20,000 nucleotides of DNA from an uncultured virus (IMG/VR IMGVR_UViG_3300022926_000008). Lineage: Duplodnaviria > Heunggongvirae > Uroviricota > Caudoviricetes. Below the pieces are notes generated by a model. It searched no databases. It had not been told where the DNA came from and was given only the letters and a program-made list of their open reading frames with translations. Location of the stretch: the IMG/VR virus record IMGVR_UViG_3300022926_000008. One strand, written 5' to 3'. The position numbers were made by a program, and so were the translations under genes. Of the stretch, positions 18,076 to 20,000 are shown in pieces. Every line of letters begins with the position of its first letter. The stretch's first letter is position 1.

Positions 18076-19032
18076 ATGATTGTTTTAGTTACTGGCGGGG
18101 CTGGTTTTATAGGCTCGCATACAGTAGAGCTTTTGCTCGAAAAAAATTATAAAGTTATCGTTATAGATAATGAATCTACTGAGTCAAACTCTAAGTCTTA
18201 TTGGGATGATCGGGCAGCTAATTATAAGCTAGACATCTGTAATTATGAAGATATTCGCCCATTGTTTAATGATGTTGATTATGTTTTTCACCTTGCTGCT
18301 CAAGCAAGGATCCAGCCCTCGCTGATTGATCCTACGGAAACCATGAGAACAAATGTTTTTGGTACAGCCAATGTGTTGCGTTGTGCTAAAGAAGCTGGAG
18401 TCAAGAGGGTCGTGTTCTCTTCCAGCTCATCAGTTTATGGCAACGGAGAGCTGCCCAACAAAGAAGACAACGAGCTTGATGCCTTAAATCCATATTCAAA
18501 ATCTAAGGTGCTGGGTGAGGAGCTATGCAAGTTTTATAATGATGACTTAGGCTTACAAACTATTATTTTAAGATACTTTAACGTGTACGGGGAAAGGCAG
18601 CCAGACAAGGGGCCATATGCTACAATCTTATCTAAGTTTGAGAAGCAATATATGAATGATTTGCCACTAACGGTTGTTGGCGATGGCAAGCAAAGGCGTG
18701 ACTTTACTTGGGTAGAAGATGTTGCTAGGGCAAATATCGATGCCCTGAAGTTCCAAAAGCCAGAGAGATTGGGCAAGGCTTATAACATTGGGACTGGCAG
18801 AAACTATTCTGTTAACGAAATTGTTAAGATGTTTAAAAAGGCTAAAAAGTCTAAGGTAGATAATCGTCCAGCAGAAAGCTCTGAGACATTGGCATACTTA
18901 GAAAATACTGGAAGAACAATTGGTTGGGTTTGGGCGAGGTATTTAGAGACTCACATAGATAAGATAGTAAAAGCTAAAAGACTAAAAGACTACTATAAGC
19001 CAACCAGCGGTAAAACTGACCTTTGGGGTTAG
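18076..19032 (+). CDS. NAD-dependent epimerase/dehydratase (extended SDR)
   Basis: VTGGAGFIG, HLAA, SSSSVYG, YSKSK, RYFNVYG and RDFTWVEDV. Confidence 0.93.
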   Translation: MIVLVTGGAGFIGSHTVELLLEKNYKVIVIDNESTESNSKSYWDDRAANYKLDICNYEDIRPLFNDVDYVFHLAAQARIQPSLIDPTETMRTNVFGTANVLRCAKEAGVKRVVFSSSSSVYGNGELPNKEDNELDALNPYSKSKVLGEELCKFYNDDLGLQTIILRYFNVYGERQPDKGPYATILSKFEKQYMNDLPLTVVGDGKQRRDFTWVEDVARANIDALKFQKPERLGKAYNIGTGRNYSVNEIVKMFKKAKKSKVDNRPAESSETLAYLENTGRTIGWVWARYLETHIDKIVKAKRLKDYYKPTSGKTDLWG

Positions 19033-19658
19033 CCCCTCGCCTCTCCAATCCCATCTGCGTTACCATAGACATAAAAATCATCTAGGTTATACTCTTCAGT
19101 TGCTAGCATGCCAAAACAAATTCTCCAACCATTATTAATCTCGTCTACGCCGTGCCAATACGGCTCTTTTCCTGGGTGCAAGATAAGAGAGTTGGCAACT
19201 GGCTTAAACTTAAAATTAAGTTTTGGATAGACTAATTCTCCACCATCAAACTGATCTGTTAAATAATATACGGCTCCATAAGTTTTAACACCATGATCCA
19301 TGCCTAGGTCTTCTGGTGGACCATCTATGTGCTGTTTCATCTTTCCCTGTCTTTTACCAGCCTCTGGCGTTCTAGTATTCGGGCTCGGATAAAAGCTATA
19401 TTTTGTAATCGAGTCATCTTTGTATATTTCATGCAATGCTTTTTTCATAGCTTCCTGAAGCAGATCTAGAGATTTCTCTTCAATACCTTTTGGCGGAACG
19501 GGCTCTTTGAGGACAGATCTTTCAAAATCATTAACAAGATTATCTCCATACCATAAGCTGTGAATTGTTTGCTCTTTCAGGCTCAGCATATATTCTAAAT
19601 CTAAGAAATCATATATGATATAAATGTCGTAATCTTCTAGTGGCTTTTCTATTTTCAT
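19029..19658 (-). CDS. 2OG-Fe(II) oxygenase (prolyl-hydroxylase-like)
   Basis: HID (HxD), YLTDQFDGGELVYP, WHGV (distal His) and R in GWRI. Confidence 0.88.
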   Translation of the reverse strand: MKIEKPLEDYDIYIIYDFLDLEYMLSLKEQTIHSLWYGDNLVNDFERSVLKEPVPPKGIEEKSLDLLQEAMKKALHEIYKDDSITKYSFYPSPNTRTPEAGKRQGKMKQHIDGPPEDLGMDHGVKTYGAVYYLTDQFDGGELVYPKLNFKFKPVANSLILHPGKEPYWHGVDEINNGWRICFGMLATEEYNLDDFYVYGNADGIGEARG

Positions 19659-19692
19659 ACAATAATTTTAGCACATATGGTAGAATAGTTAC
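19659..19692. promoter_or_regulatory. Back-to-back divergent leaderless extended -10 promoters
   Basis: Minus strand: TGC-TAAAAT-6 nt-ATG(19658). Plus strand: TGG-TAGAAT-6 nt-ATG(19693). Confidence 0.7.
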
Positions 19693-20000
19693 ATGCCATA
19701 TTCTATTGGAGAAAAGGGGTCTTACGGTTGCTCGGGGTACCCTGTCGTAAAGGACGGAACTAGCGAAGTTATGGGCTGCCATGATTCTGCCGCAGCTGCA
19801 CAACGACAGATTGCTGCAATTAATATGAGTGAGGCAGAGAAGGGCAAAAAGAAAATGACATCTGCAATGGGACAGCCAGAGCCAGCAAGCTATGGCAAAT
19901 CACACTTTAACTGGAGCACACCAGTTCGCAAACCAGAACGATCAAGTTTTAGCATCGGCAAAGCTGATGCACCAGAGTTTCTGCCAGAGGTCGAAGAAGA
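19693..20000 (+). CDS. Hypothetical phage protein (3'-truncated)
   Basis: MPYSIGEKGSYGCSGYPVVKDGTSEVMGCHDSAAAAQRQIAAIN...; open to the window end; leaderless start. Confidence 0.75.
   Translation, partial: MPYSIGEKGSYGCSGYPVVKDGTSEVMGCHDSAAAAQRQIAAINMSEAEKGKKKMTSAMGQPEPASYGKSHFNWSTPVRKPERSSFSIGKADAPEFLPEVEE

Noticed and set aside
19609..19803. 64-aa minus-strand ORF
   Set aside because: Crosses the divergent promoter and overlaps two better-supported genes.

Overview
A 20 kb segment of a large, densely packed tailed phage that very probably infects Actinobacteria (WhiB, class Ib nrdI-nrdE-nrdF plus nrdH, r1t-type holin, MSMEG_6728-like glycosylase, many leaderless genes). From left to right it holds: the 3' end of a terminase large subunit; nrdI-nrdE-nrdF preceded by two apparent NrdR boxes; a papain-like C1 peptidase; five tRNAs (Asn, Trp, Asp, Arg, Thr) with an enlarged catalase-peroxidase (KatG) inserted among them; thyX; nrdH; a short minus-strand module; an M23 endolysin with two membrane/holin genes; a run of small genes (deaminase, WhiB, thermonuclease, pyrimidine-dimer glycosylase-like, Hsp20); a lipoprotein zinc peptidase; and a GT32 / NAD-epimerase / 2OG-Fe(II) oxygenase island. 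The most notable signals are: (1) a phage KatG with intact catalytic motifs and an acidic, internally repeated insertion; (2) a ROSE-like RNA thermometer before hsp20; (3) a promoter-flanked three-way-junction RNA candidate at 16229-16305; (4) tandem NrdR boxes 31 bp apart; (5) systematic leaderless extended -10 promoters and 4-nt overlapping convergent stop codons. All family calls come from motif recognition by eye; no database searches were run.
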